Part shown: positions 9,492-18,418 of the stretch, piece after piece | Layout of the letters: every line of letters begins with the position of its first letter | How positions within the stretch are numbered: the first letter of the stretch is position 1 | Position numbers and translations under genes: made by a program | Notes under the pieces: model-generated | The model's input: the letters and a program-made list of their open reading frames with translations, nothing else | What the model was told of the DNA's origin: nothing | The model's database searches: none | Assembly (NCBI GenBank): GCA_048882045.1 | Contig: JBHLRZ010000003.1 | Span: 128,001-192,000, forward strand | From: Candidatus Thorarchaeota archaeon | GTDB lineage: Archaea; Asgardarchaeota; Thorarchaeia; Thorarchaeales; Thorarchaeaceae | Direction of reading: 5' to 3' | Length of the DNA stretch: 64,000 bases

Positions 9492-9965
9492 TCACTTCAC
9501 CACGAGGACAGGGACTTCTGATCCCACAACAACGCGTTCAGCAGAACTCCCTACTCCACCTCTTAGAGAACCAGCCATCCCATAAGACCCAATCACAATC
9601 AGGTCAACCTCTTTTTCCTTAGATAGCTGCATAATCTTGTCAGGGGGTGAACCTTTCTCAAGAAGGAGTTCGACCTCAAGTTTGTAGTCGTCAGCTGCTC
9701 CTTTGTACCCATCCAGAAGTTTCTGTCCCTGGGTTTCATACTTGACCAGTACTTCCTCAGGATCAGTTTCTGACATCAGCGAGAACTGCTTCACAATTGA
9801 GTCGTTTATCACGTGAATGATAAACACCTTTGATTTGGTCATCTCTGCAATTTCGAATGCAACCGTGGCTGCACGAGCAGACCCCTCGCTCCCGTCCACT
9901 GCGAGCATCACCTTGTTCGCTCTACAGAAAATGTGGCCAGGGGCGCAATACCTGATTTCTTCCAT
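9492..9965 (-). CDS. Universal stress protein (UspA family)
   Basis: KVMLAVDGSEGS, DLIVIGSYG, GSSAERVV and VPVLVVK motifs. Confidence 0.93.
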   Translation of the reverse strand: MEEIRYCAPGHIFCRANKVMLAVDGSEGSARAATVAFEIAEMTKSKVFIIHVINDSIVKQFSLMSETDPEEVLVKYETQGQKLLDGYKGAADDYKLEVELLLEKGSPPDKIMQLSKEKEVDLIVIGSYGMAGSLRGGVGSSAERVVVGSEVPVLVVK

Positions 9966-10078
9966 GATTTAGATTGTGTATATTCACTATAATTAACTTT
10001 GGGTCGGACCTTTGTGCTAACATTTAACTTGAGGCTCGGATATCATTGGATAAAAGACTACTTAGGAGGCGTGTTTGA

Positions 10079-11461
10079 ATGGCACGTTCTGATCTATACG
10101 AATATCATGAAAAACAGGAATATCCCAGTCATAAAGGAGCGATTGCAGGACTCCTCGTAGTCTTCGGTGCCTTTATCGTCTTGGGAATTTATTCACTTAT
10201 GCAACTTTGGTCCGTCTATGAACCGGAGATTGTGAGTCTCATTACTATGGTATCCCCTCTCCTTGCAGATAATCTTTGGTTATTGGGAGCTGGACTAGGT
10301 GCATTGCTAGTGTTGAGCATAATTATGGCTCTTGGAGCTTCAGTTGCGGCAAAACGGTTGGGTGGAACCCTCATATACATTGGGGCATTTTTGATGAATC
10401 TACTCACCTGGGCGATCCCATTGTTCCTCATTGTTACAGGTGTTATACCAATATCGATGCTAGGTACAGCATGGCCAATACTGATACCAGGCTTTTTCAC
10501 TCTCTTCATCACTCTATTACTATTTACAGTATTCAAAGAGAGAGTGAGGAGAGCAGGAGAGATCATCAAATTAACAGGTCAAGTCACTTTGGATGAGAAA
10601 GGAACATTCGTACCCCCATTCCTCACCATGATCTTCACACTTGTATCTGCACTGTTCTTTGCGGGAATCATGCTTGTGGTAATACCTGACGGAATGAACA
10701 TTCTACTAGGCAATGTTGACCTGACTCTGGAGAATGGATGGCCTTTTGCAATAGGTGTTGTTGTCTACCTGTTCGTCACCATCTTCTTCTACAATTTCTC
10801 ATATGCCACAACTTCAGCTATTACCTATATCTACATGAGAGGAAGAGATCCTAGTCTTGGAGATGGTGTAAAGGCGTCACTTGGTGTCGTCGGAGGATTG
10901 ATTGTTCTGAGCATCATGAGTGTGATTGTGACACTCATCAGAATGATCATTCAGGCGGTGGCGCGGAAATCGAATAATGCCTTAGCGAGGGGTGTTGGTT
11001 ATGCTACTGAGGGCATAATAGGTTGGATCTGGGCGCTCATAAACTACTTCACCATACCAGCCATGGTTGCTGAAGAACTCAGTGCGACAGAGGGAATCAA
11101 GCGTAGCGCAGGTCTTGTCAGAAAGAACTTCGTTGATGTCATGATCAAAGAAACCGCCGTCAGATGGGGTTTTAGCGTTTTGGCATTCATGTTCTTCATC
11201 GGATTTGCCCTTGGTGGGGCGTTGTTTGGATGGATCTATACGAATGGCGACATCATGATGACGATAGTGATTACTGTGGTCTTTGTTGTCTTCGCTTCGA
11301 TTCCAAGTGCGATTGTGCTGAGGACTTTCGATATCGTCTATGTCACACTTCTCTACGTTTTCATTAGACGAAAAGAGGGCGATTATGAAAGAACTGCGAT
11401 CCCAAGCCCGATGGGTAGGGAATTGGAAGGCGCTTATAACAGAGCCCAGAATCAGAGATAA
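10079..11461 (+). CDS. Polytopic membrane protein, CTL/SLC44 choline-transporter-like (DUF6159-related)
   Basis: About 10 TM helices; RVRRAGEIIKLTGQV, PSLGDGVKASL...IVTLIRMII and TIPAMVAEELSATEGIKRSAGLV segments; AGGAGG RBS. Confidence 0.6.
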   Translation: MARSDLYEYHEKQEYPSHKGAIAGLLVVFGAFIVLGIYSLMQLWSVYEPEIVSLITMVSPLLADNLWLLGAGLGALLVLSIIMALGASVAAKRLGGTLIYIGAFLMNLLTWAIPLFLIVTGVIPISMLGTAWPILIPGFFTLFITLLLFTVFKERVRRAGEIIKLTGQVTLDEKGTFVPPFLTMIFTLVSALFFAGIMLVVIPDGMNILLGNVDLTLENGWPFAIGVVVYLFVTIFFYNFSYATTSAITYIYMRGRDPSLGDGVKASLGVVGGLIVLSIMSVIVTLIRMIIQAVARKSNNALARGVGYATEGIIGWIWALINYFTIPAMVAEELSATEGIKRSAGLVRKNFVDVMIKETAVRWGFSVLAFMFFIGFALGGALFGWIYTNGDIMMTIVITVVFVVFASIPSAIVLRTFDIVYVTLLYVFIRRKEGDYERTAIPSPMGRELEGAYNRAQNQR

Positions 11462-11473
11462 TTCAATCAGTTA

Positions 11474-11513
11474 GTGTGTGGTGGTCAAGAACCATCACAC
11501 ACCTACTCTTTTT
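11474..11513 (+). terminator. Stem-loop followed by a U-tract
   Basis: GTGTGTGGTGGT-CAAGA-ACCATCACACAC then CTACTCTTTTT, just after stop 11461. Confidence 0.7.
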
Positions 11514-11543
11514 CAAACCCAAGTACAGAGTCAAAGGTCAAAT

Positions 11544-11792
11544 CTAAGGATATCTTCCTCTTGGGAGGACATTCATTGCTTTTTCTGCAGCATGCGGATT
11601 TATTGCATAAAGAACGATTATGATAAGAACCGTCACTGCGAAGTATGTGATGATTAGTCCGGAAGCTGGTGCTTCGAAGAAGGTTCTAAGAAGGTAGAGC
11701 AAAATTAACAGTCCAATCTGAGTGATGCAGAGGAATGTTTCAAACTGCTTCCTCATTCCAGTCCCAGGTTGTCGCTTTTTCGTTTTTGGCAC
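11544..11792 (-). CDS. Small two-TM membrane protein
   Basis: 82 aa, basic N-terminus, two hydrophobic helices; 10 nt downstream of the peptidase gene. Confidence 0.7.
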   Translation of the reverse strand: MPKTKKRQPGTGMRKQFETFLCITQIGLLILLYLLRTFFEAPASGLIITYFAVTVLIIIVLYAINPHAAEKAMNVLPRGRYP

Positions 11793-11802
11793 GATCTGCC
11801 TG

Positions 11803-13023
11803 TCACAACCACTCGAATGCTTTATTCCATGTTACACTTGAACCTGAATAAGGATTCATGTAGACCGTTCTAAAGAATTCAGGGACAACATCCTTCTCAA
11901 TGGCCTTGAGAAATGAGGGATAGACATAGTTTGTGCGTCCGACATAGTATGTGAAGATGTAAGGTGCGAAGAAATTCGTCTTTCCATCCTTTGTTCGAGG
12001 ACCTATGAAAGCGAGAGATGCTTCAGCAGTTTCACGTGTCCTAAATGTTCTCTCACAGATGTAATCAATCACTTCCTCTTCTGATTTTCCTTCATCATTA
12101 AGAAGGATCGCTGCATTGATTGAAGTCATCCTTCGGACAGGGTACAACGCTTCATATACCGCAACTCGAGATTCTTCTTCAGTAATTCCGAGGAAATCCT
12201 TAGCTGTGTCAGCAGTACCCTCAGATATGACACATCGGCCAGTATGTAGAGGTACTATTGAAAGTTCAAGATTTCCTGAATTCAAGTAGGCTTTCTCTCT
12301 CCACAAGTTAGACACATGGTGTTCATATTCATGATACAAGGTGGCTTGTAGTATGTCCTTGTTGAACTTTCTGTCGATATTGAACTGGTTCAGAGACTTG
12401 AATTCTCCTTTGTACCAGTTATACCCACCCCATGGTTCATCTCTCACAGCTTCATATTCAATCCCATTGTCAGGGACGGAAGCTCCCATTACTGAATAGA
12501 TCTTGGTCCTGAACTCCTGACCGATTTCAGAAGACCGTTGTTGAAGGTCGGTTTCAAGCAATCTTTTGAGAGCATCTCCAGTAACCTCGCCCTCCGTTGT
12601 GTAACGTTCTATCTTTTCGGACAAATCTGCACCTGGATAGTCAGCCATAACCTCAGCCAATTGCTCGTTGCCCTTGTCAATCTCACGCTCAGAAAACTTC
12701 TCCATTGGAATCTGAAAGAGACCCTCCACGAGTTCACCATAAGACATGTCTTTTCCATCCAACCAATCCACCACAACATTCAGCGAATGAAGCTCACCCA
12801 TCATATACTCGAACCGGAGAGGATCATTAATCTCATCCCTCACCATATCAAAGGTCTGCTGGATTTCATAAACAATATCCGAAGATGCTTTGTCTGTGCT
12901 CTGTTTCTTGGGATGGAACTCAGGAGGTCCTGTATACGCATCAACAACACTCACTCCTGTAAGACGTTCTGTAAAATTCCCAACCTCTCCACAGACCTTC
13001 ACGAATCTCTCTGCAGCTTTCAT
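11803..13023 (-). CDS. Zincin-like metallopeptidase (DUF885-like)
   Basis: TLYHEYEHH (HExxH), downstream ISEGTA glutamate, PWGGYNWY and YIFTYYVG. Start is ATG 13023 or GTG 13122; no signal peptide. Confidence 0.7.
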   Translation of the reverse strand: MKAAERFVKVCGEVGNFTERLTGVSVVDAYTGPPEFHPKKQSTDKASSDIVYEIQQTFDMVRDEINDPLRFEYMMGELHSLNVVVDWLDGKDMSYGELVEGLFQIPMEKFSEREIDKGNEQLAEVMADYPGADLSEKIERYTTEGEVTGDALKRLLETDLQQRSSEIGQEFRTKIYSVMGASVPDNGIEYEAVRDEPWGGYNWYKGEFKSLNQFNIDRKFNKDILQATLYHEYEHHVSNLWREKAYLNSGNLELSIVPLHTGRCVISEGTADTAKDFLGITEEESRVAVYEALYPVRRMTSINAAILLNDEGKSEEEVIDYICERTFRTRETAEASLAFIGPRTKDGKTNFFAPYIFTYYVGRTNYVYPSFLKAIEKDVVPEFFRTVYMNPYSGSSVTWNKAFEWL

Positions 13024-13150
13024 TGTGACCAAGTGAGAAATGCAATGCTGACCTAAAGTGTTTGCCATTTGAGTCGTCACTCTTGGGAGTGTTTCCTTTT
13101 TGGACAGAGTATCGCTGTTCACAGACTATTGATTCCAAGAGAGAGAAGAT

Positions 13151-13300
13151 CTATCTGAACCCTCCTGACACACAGGCACTATGACATGCGCTGTGACACG
13201 CACTGTGACAGACACAGGCGCTATGGCAAGCACTATGGCATGCACTATGACAGGCATCATGTGAAACGCATGCACTGTGGCAGGCATCGTGAGATACACA
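13151..13300 (-). repeat. Coding tandem repeat: 7x CHSA and 2x CVSHDA (11 Cys, 9 His in 49 aa)
   Basis: Read codon by codon; each of the seven CHSA units uses a different synonymous codon combination. Confidence 0.95.
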
Positions 13301-15280
13301 CCTGCTTGTACTCTCAATGAGGGGTCTAAGCGGCTCTGTGATTATGTTTCCTACACCTTCTAAAACACTACCAATAGTATTTGCTACATTATTCATGATT
13401 TGCCCTGTTGTAGCAGCAACATCACCAACCACCTGACCGACTCCAGAGATAGTGTTTCCTGTTGCGTCAGCTAACTGAGAGAACCAGTCTGGTACTATTG
13501 GCGGAGATATTGCAGGTCCTGGTCTGGTGAACACATCACCTATGTGATCATGTCGTGGATGCATGTATAACCAGTACCAAGCCCATCCACCCCCATGATA
13601 TCGACGGTTGAAGTAATAGTCCATCCGTCCATCCAGAGTGGGATAGCTCTCAAGCTCATCCCATGCACCTTCAATCATTTCATCGTGATTTGTCTTGGTA
13701 GCTTCAAAGTCAGCAGTCCAGGATTTTTCTTGAACCTTGTCAGCAAGTTCCTCGAGCATTGCATCTACCTTTTCAGGATCCAGTTCATTCTCAACAATTG
13801 CAGCTAAGAACAGTTCCTCGTAGTAAGTAAGGTCTTGAAATTGAAGGCCTGTGACTGAGAGTTTGAGTGGTTCTGTCGAGAGTACCCTGACAGCTCCCTT
13901 TCTGACGCAAGACATCAGAATCATTGTCACCAAATCTTGTCGGGTTGTATTGACAAAGAACGCAGACTCAATTGGATCCAACTCTGCAACTGTGCCTGGT
14001 TCACCGAAAGTCTGGATGGAAATCTCCGGACTCTCGTACACATAGGTTGTATCATCCGCTTCCCATTTTGCACCATAGGTTCGAGTGACTCTTCTGTATC
14101 CGTAGTAAATGACGCCCAAACCAAAGAATATGACAAATCCACCTATTAGATAATTGGGATTGATCAATGGAGGGATGTACTCCTGAACATAGATGTCCAC
14201 TGTGAATTGTAACCAATCTGTTGAGTTGAGGTTCGATGCACTGACTTGGAAGGATATTGTGAGCACCTGCGGAGTGTTAGCTGGTACGATTGAATATACT
14301 TGGTACCATGTTTCTCCGCCTGTGAGGTCACCAACATATGTTGTCACAGACCCTGATGTCAGTGTAAGATTCTCAGGAAGAGACATGGTTATTATAACTT
14401 CCTCAAGGTCAGCATCTCCAAAGTTGTATATCGCCACTTGCAGATCAAATTCAGTTTCTGCATTTGCATTTACGTAGCTGACTGCACTATATCCTAAAGC
14501 CCCGGCTTGCAAGAATGGTTCATAGAAACTCCAATTAGTGTAGTGCCAGACCCGAAAGTGAGTGTACGCATCCAAGTTGTTGTGTTCTAGACTGACAGTG
14601 AAGTTTCTTGTAGCAGCACCTGCGTCATATGGATATGCAAGGAGATTGTTAACATCAAATGAATACTGAGTTCCGCCGTCCCAAAGACCTTGATTGTCAT
14701 CAACTACATACCCTGCATATTCTGCTCCCTCAGGAGTTATTCCATGCGATGGTTCAATCCATGTGGAATTCATTACAATTGGATAGATCACCTGAACAGC
14801 TTCATAATCAATGGGAATTTCCCACTGGACTGGAGCCCAATTGAAGACACCTAAATCGCCATAGGTTTCGGAGGTCGTCTTCTCAATGACTCTCTCTGTG
14901 CTAAAGTAACCAAAGACTACAGTGACTGTTTCCCCCTCTTGAGTTCTTGGCACCCAGTCCAGTCCATATCCATCCCAATATGTTGTAACAAGCAGATTAT
15001 ACTTCTCTTCTCCAACCTGCGCATATGCTCTATCAGGGTCCCAGATTCTGGTTTCCTGAATTCCTCTTAAGTCAAAACCGCCTAGTGAACCACTCTCAAC
15101 AGTAATTTCAATCCAGTAAGTAACATTGATTCTTCCATTTGGTAAAACGAAAACATCAACCAGTACGCTGTTTAAATTCACAACTGGACTCTGACTGGGA
15201 ACACCTCCAGCAAAACATATGGGCACCACTGACAATATCAGTAGTCCAATGATCAGGTAATTGCCCAGTTTACGCTTCAC
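13151..15280 (-). CDS. DUF2207-like single-pass membrane protein with C-terminal Cys/His (CHSA)n repeat; putative radical SAM substrate
   Basis: Signal peptide, DUF2207-like ectodomain (VDVFVLPNGRINVTYWI), Ig/CARDB-like domain, one TM near aa 377-395, cytoplasmic LTYYEELFL region, then the CVSHDA/CHSA repeat ending SGGFR. Confidence 0.85.
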   Translation of the reverse strand: MKRKLGNYLIIGLLILSVVPICFAGGVPSQSPVVNLNSVLVDVFVLPNGRINVTYWIEITVESGSLGGFDLRGIQETRIWDPDRAYAQVGEEKYNLLVTTYWDGYGLDWVPRTQEGETVTVVFGYFSTERVIEKTTSETYGDLGVFNWAPVQWEIPIDYEAVQVIYPIVMNSTWIEPSHGITPEGAEYAGYVVDDNQGLWDGGTQYSFDVNNLLAYPYDAGAATRNFTVSLEHNNLDAYTHFRVWHYTNWSFYEPFLQAGALGYSAVSYVNANAETEFDLQVAIYNFGDADLEEVIITMSLPENLTLTSGSVTTYVGDLTGGETWYQVYSIVPANTPQVLTISFQVSASNLNSTDWLQFTVDIYVQEYIPPLINPNYLIGGFVIFFGLGVIYYGYRRVTRTYGAKWEADDTTYVYESPEISIQTFGEPGTVAELDPIESAFFVNTTRQDLVTMILMSCVRKGAVRVLSTEPLKLSVTGLQFQDLTYYEELFLAAIVENELDPEKVDAMLEELADKVQEKSWTADFEATKTNHDEMIEGAWDELESYPTLDGRMDYYFNRRYHGGGWAWYWLYMHPRHDHIGDVFTRPGPAISPPIVPDWFSQLADATGNTISGVGQVVGDVAATTGQIMNNVANTIGSVLEGVGNIITEPLRPLIESTSRCVSHDACHSACVSHDACHSACHSACHSACVCHSACHSACHSACVSGGFR

Positions 15281-15304
15281 AGATTGACCCTCTGAACCAG
15301 TACT

Positions 15305-15697
15305 TCAATCTCCACGCTGAGCACGCAAGACATCAGCCTGAGCGATAGTGAGGTTAGATAAGTCAGCCTTAGCTGCAGCCCACTCCACAATATCTGGAAA
15401 CTCCATAATCATCCCACCCCAGACAAGGTGGTAGACTCGCTTCAGTATCACACTTGCATCAGCTTCTTTCCCGACATACTCAAAGAAACATTTCACTACT
15501 GCTGGTGTCTGTTCGCTCATGTCCTTAGGGACTTCAGTCCCAAATCCAGCGAACTCTACATCAAGCTCACGGAAAACGTCCATTCGTTCCCTGATTCCTG
15601 CCGCAATGACTGGGAGGTCCATGTCATAGGCACTGAAATGCATGATGAGTTTTTTCTTGCTAATTGTGCCATATGGTAGTTTGATTTCTGTGCTCAT
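15305..15697 (-). CDS. Hypothetical protein upstream of the Cys-tail gene
   Basis: MSTEIKLPYG... from ATG 15697; stop is 24 nt before the next start, so probably co-transcribed. Confidence 0.75.
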   Translation of the reverse strand: MSTEIKLPYGTISKKKLIMHFSAYDMDLPVIAAGIRERMDVFRELDVEFAGFGTEVPKDMSEQTPAVVKCFFEYVGKEADASVILKRVYHLVWGGMIMEFPDIVEWAAAKADLSNLTIAQADVLRAQRGD

Positions 15698-15815
15698 TCG
15701 ACCACACTCCACGATGATACTGTCAATGAATCAATACTGGGGACTCTTAAAACTTTCAGATTTCCAAACTCATCCATCCGAACCCTTAAGACACCTAAGA
15801 TTGGATTAGCGCTTA
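15698..15815. promoter_or_regulatory. Divergent promoter region between the Cys-tail operon and the radical SAM operon
   Basis: 118-bp gap with TATA-like CTTAAAAC near 15747 and CTTAAG near 15785, about 25-30 nt before ATG 15816. Confidence 0.45.
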
Positions 15816-17246
15816 ATGACCTCAACTCGATCTGTTCCAGAATACAACTATTCATTGGAAGATCTGCACTGGATACCAGCATTCATTGAGGAGGTCAAGG
15901 ACTTCTTCTTTGCAAGACCACAGGACAACCTCCTCATTCTAAGACCAAACAAGACGATGAGCCTGAATGAAACAGCCATGAGAATGTTGAAGAAACTTAT
16001 GGACAAGGAGCCGATTGAGAAGATTGTTGCACACTTCGTGGATGCTGGAGGAGAAGAACAGAAGGTCATCAACGATTTGGCAGCATTTGTAGACGACCTT
16101 CGAAACATGACAATAGGAAACCAGAACATCTACAGCTACAGGACAGCAAAGATAGTCCCCTTCGGAGAGGGTGAGATCAAGTACCCTGTCTTGAGCGAGA
16201 TTGCACTCACCTATCGTTGCAACAACAAGTGTAGATTCTGCTACGCATACTCTCCGTTCCGAGAGTCAGGAGAAATGACAACAGAAGAGGTCAAGCGAGT
16301 CATTGACATCATAGTTGATGATGCACACGTACCAAGTCTTTCCTTCACCGGAGGAGAGCCAACACTGAGAGAAGACCTCTTCGAGCTGATCACTCATGCG
16401 AGAAACAGAGAATTACGAGTCAACCTGATCACCAATGGCATTCGGTGTCATGACAAGGCATTTGTCCAACGACTTGTCGATGCTGGATTGAACAGTGCAC
16501 AGGTTTCAATAGAGGGACCAGATGCAGAAACGCACGACTACATAGTCGGGATTCCTGGAGCCTTTGACAAGACTGTCCAAGGAATCAAGAATCTACGAGA
16601 AACAGACATCTATACACATTGTAACACAACGATATGTCGTCCCAACTTGGACAAGCTCGAAGACCTTGTGGACTTTCATGCTGATGAATTGGGTTTGACA
16701 TACTTCAGCATGAACATGGTCATCTACACAGGTACTGCAGCAAAGTTGAGAGATGAACTCCAGGTGAAGTACTCTGAGATCAGAGAGATCGTCAAACGAG
16801 TAAAGAAACGAGCGAACAAGAAAGGCATTCAGTTTGTCTGGTATGCACCTACTCCTGTCTGTCTATTCAATCCAATCGCTCATGGTCTCGGTGCGAAGAG
16901 TTGTGCTTGCTGTGATGGATTGCTCTCTGTTGATGCAGAAGGGGGCTTATTGCCTTGCTCGAGCTTCAGCGAACCTGTTGGTAACATATTGCACGAGGGT
17001 TTCGAGAAGGTATGGTACAATCGTGCCTCCCAGTTTTGGAGGGCGAAAGACTTTGCGCCAGAAGGGTGCAAAGCTTGTGACCACTTTGACTATTGCTATG
17101 GTGCCTGTCCACTCTATTGGGATGTCCATGGATTTGATGAGATAAAGGAATACTGGCCTAAGAAGAGTAAAGTCAGAGAGAGAATTGATGAAGCCAGATT
17201 GAATCTGAGAAGACGCATCCGAGGAGATCAACACGGCATTACATAA
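15816..17246 (+). CDS. PqqD/RRE-radical SAM-SPASM peptide maturase
   Basis: N-terminal RRE-like NLLILRPNKTMSLNETAMRMLKKL...DLAAFVDDL; CNNKCRFC (CxxxCxxC); FTGGEPTL, TNG, VSIEG; SPASM cysteines CACCDG...LLPC...CKACDHFDYCYGACP. Confidence 0.92.
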   Translation: MTSTRSVPEYNYSLEDLHWIPAFIEEVKDFFFARPQDNLLILRPNKTMSLNETAMRMLKKLMDKEPIEKIVAHFVDAGGEEQKVINDLAAFVDDLRNMTIGNQNIYSYRTAKIVPFGEGEIKYPVLSEIALTYRCNNKCRFCYAYSPFRESGEMTTEEVKRVIDIIVDDAHVPSLSFTGGEPTLREDLFELITHARNRELRVNLITNGIRCHDKAFVQRLVDAGLNSAQVSIEGPDAETHDYIVGIPGAFDKTVQGIKNLRETDIYTHCNTTICRPNLDKLEDLVDFHADELGLTYFSMNMVIYTGTAAKLRDELQVKYSEIREIVKRVKKRANKKGIQFVWYAPTPVCLFNPIAHGLGAKSCACCDGLLSVDAEGGLLPCSSFSEPVGNILHEGFEKVWYNRASQFWRAKDFAPEGCKACDHFDYCYGACPLYWDVHGFDEIKEYWPKKSKVRERIDEARLNLRRRIRGDQHGIT

Positions 17247-17250
17247 GGGG

Positions 17251-18378
17251 TTGGCATCTATGAAAGTGACAGACCTGCTTAGTCCAGCTGCAATAATCGA
17301 CATTGATAGATTAGATACCAACATCGAAGCAATGGCTTTGAAAGCTGAAGAGAACGGAGTGGGTCTCAGACCACACATCAAGACCCACAAATGCATTGAA
17401 ATTGGCAACCGTCAGAAGGAGGCTGGAGCCAAAGGCATCACGGTCTCTACACCTGCTGAGGCTCAAGCTTTTGCAGAAGCTGGTTTCACTGACATAACAT
17501 ATGCAGTTCCACTTGCACCTGACAAGTTCGATACAATGCTTAGTATTTCAAAGAAGGTTCATCTGAATGTGCTTGTTGACAACATCACTATAGTAGATCT
17601 GCTTGCAAAGTTCTCAACAGAAAATAATGCTGACTTCGGTGTCTTACTCAAGGTTAATTGTGGAAATTATCGGGTCGGAGTAGATCCGACAAGCCAGTCC
17701 GCTCTAAAATTGGCAGAAGAGATTTCACGCAAGCTGAACTTCGAGGGAATCCTCGCCCATGCAGGCCAATCGTATTCTGCAAGGTCAATTGGTGAGATCA
17801 AGAGAATTGCTGAGCACGAGCAAGATGTCATGATCAATTTCGCGAATTCACTGAGAGTGGAAGGTATTCAAACAAAAACCGTCAGTATCGGGTCTACTCC
17901 CACAGCAAGCTTGGCGGATTCCTTCAGAGAAGGAATTACGGAGATTAGACCTGGCAACTACGTTTTCTTCGATTACACTCAAGCTGCCTTAGGCGTCTGT
18001 GAGCTCAATGATATTGCTCTCACAGTTTTGGCGAGTGTAATCAGTACTTCACCTGGAAGGGTAATCATCGATGCTGGAGCAACAGCTCTCTCAAAGGACC
18101 TTGGTCCAACTCAGATCGATGAATCTGGCGGATATGGAAAGATCATCAAAGACTATCACACCTCCACCATTGAAGAAGAGTTCATTCTCAGCTCATTATC
18201 TCAAGAGCATGGTAAAATCAGTATAGCAACAGAACACAGTCTGAAACCGGGTGACGCTGTCAGGATATTTCCAAACCATTCTTGCCTCACAGTCAATCTC
18301 TATGATCAATACTATATTGTTCAAAATGATTCTGTGGTTGACAAGTGGAAGATTCAGCGTCAACGTCTTGCTTCATGA
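17251..18378 (+). CDS. Fold-type III PLP enzyme, D-threonine aldolase / D-serine dehydratase family
   Basis: LRPHIKTHKC (PLP lysine), HAGQSY, SIGSTPT, EIRPGNYVFFD, DAGATALSKD, SQEHG, PNHSC. Confidence 0.9.
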   Translation: MASMKVTDLLSPAAIIDIDRLDTNIEAMALKAEENGVGLRPHIKTHKCIEIGNRQKEAGAKGITVSTPAEAQAFAEAGFTDITYAVPLAPDKFDTMLSISKKVHLNVLVDNITIVDLLAKFSTENNADFGVLLKVNCGNYRVGVDPTSQSALKLAEEISRKLNFEGILAHAGQSYSARSIGEIKRIAEHEQDVMINFANSLRVEGIQTKTVSIGSTPTASLADSFREGITEIRPGNYVFFDYTQAALGVCELNDIALTVLASVISTSPGRVIIDAGATALSKDLGPTQIDESGGYGKIIKDYHTSTIEEEFILSSLSQEHGKISIATEHSLKPGDAVRIFPNHSCLTVNLYDQYYIVQNDSVVDKWKIQRQRLAS

Positions 18379-18418
18379 TTTCTAGAGTTCTGCGGTGTTT
18401 TTATACAACAACACGGAA

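Noticed and set aside
12538-13056. 172-aa plus-strand ORF
   Set aside because: Fully antisense to the peptidase, with no motif.
13151-13300. CRISPR array or DNA-level minisatellite
   Set aside because: The 12-nt periodicity is explained by the encoded CHSA repeat; units vary at third positions and there are no spacers or cas genes.
13126-13317. 63-aa ORF MRVQAGVYL... as a separate precursor peptide
   Set aside because: It is an alternative frame over the Cys tail; synonymous variation supports the CHSA frame.
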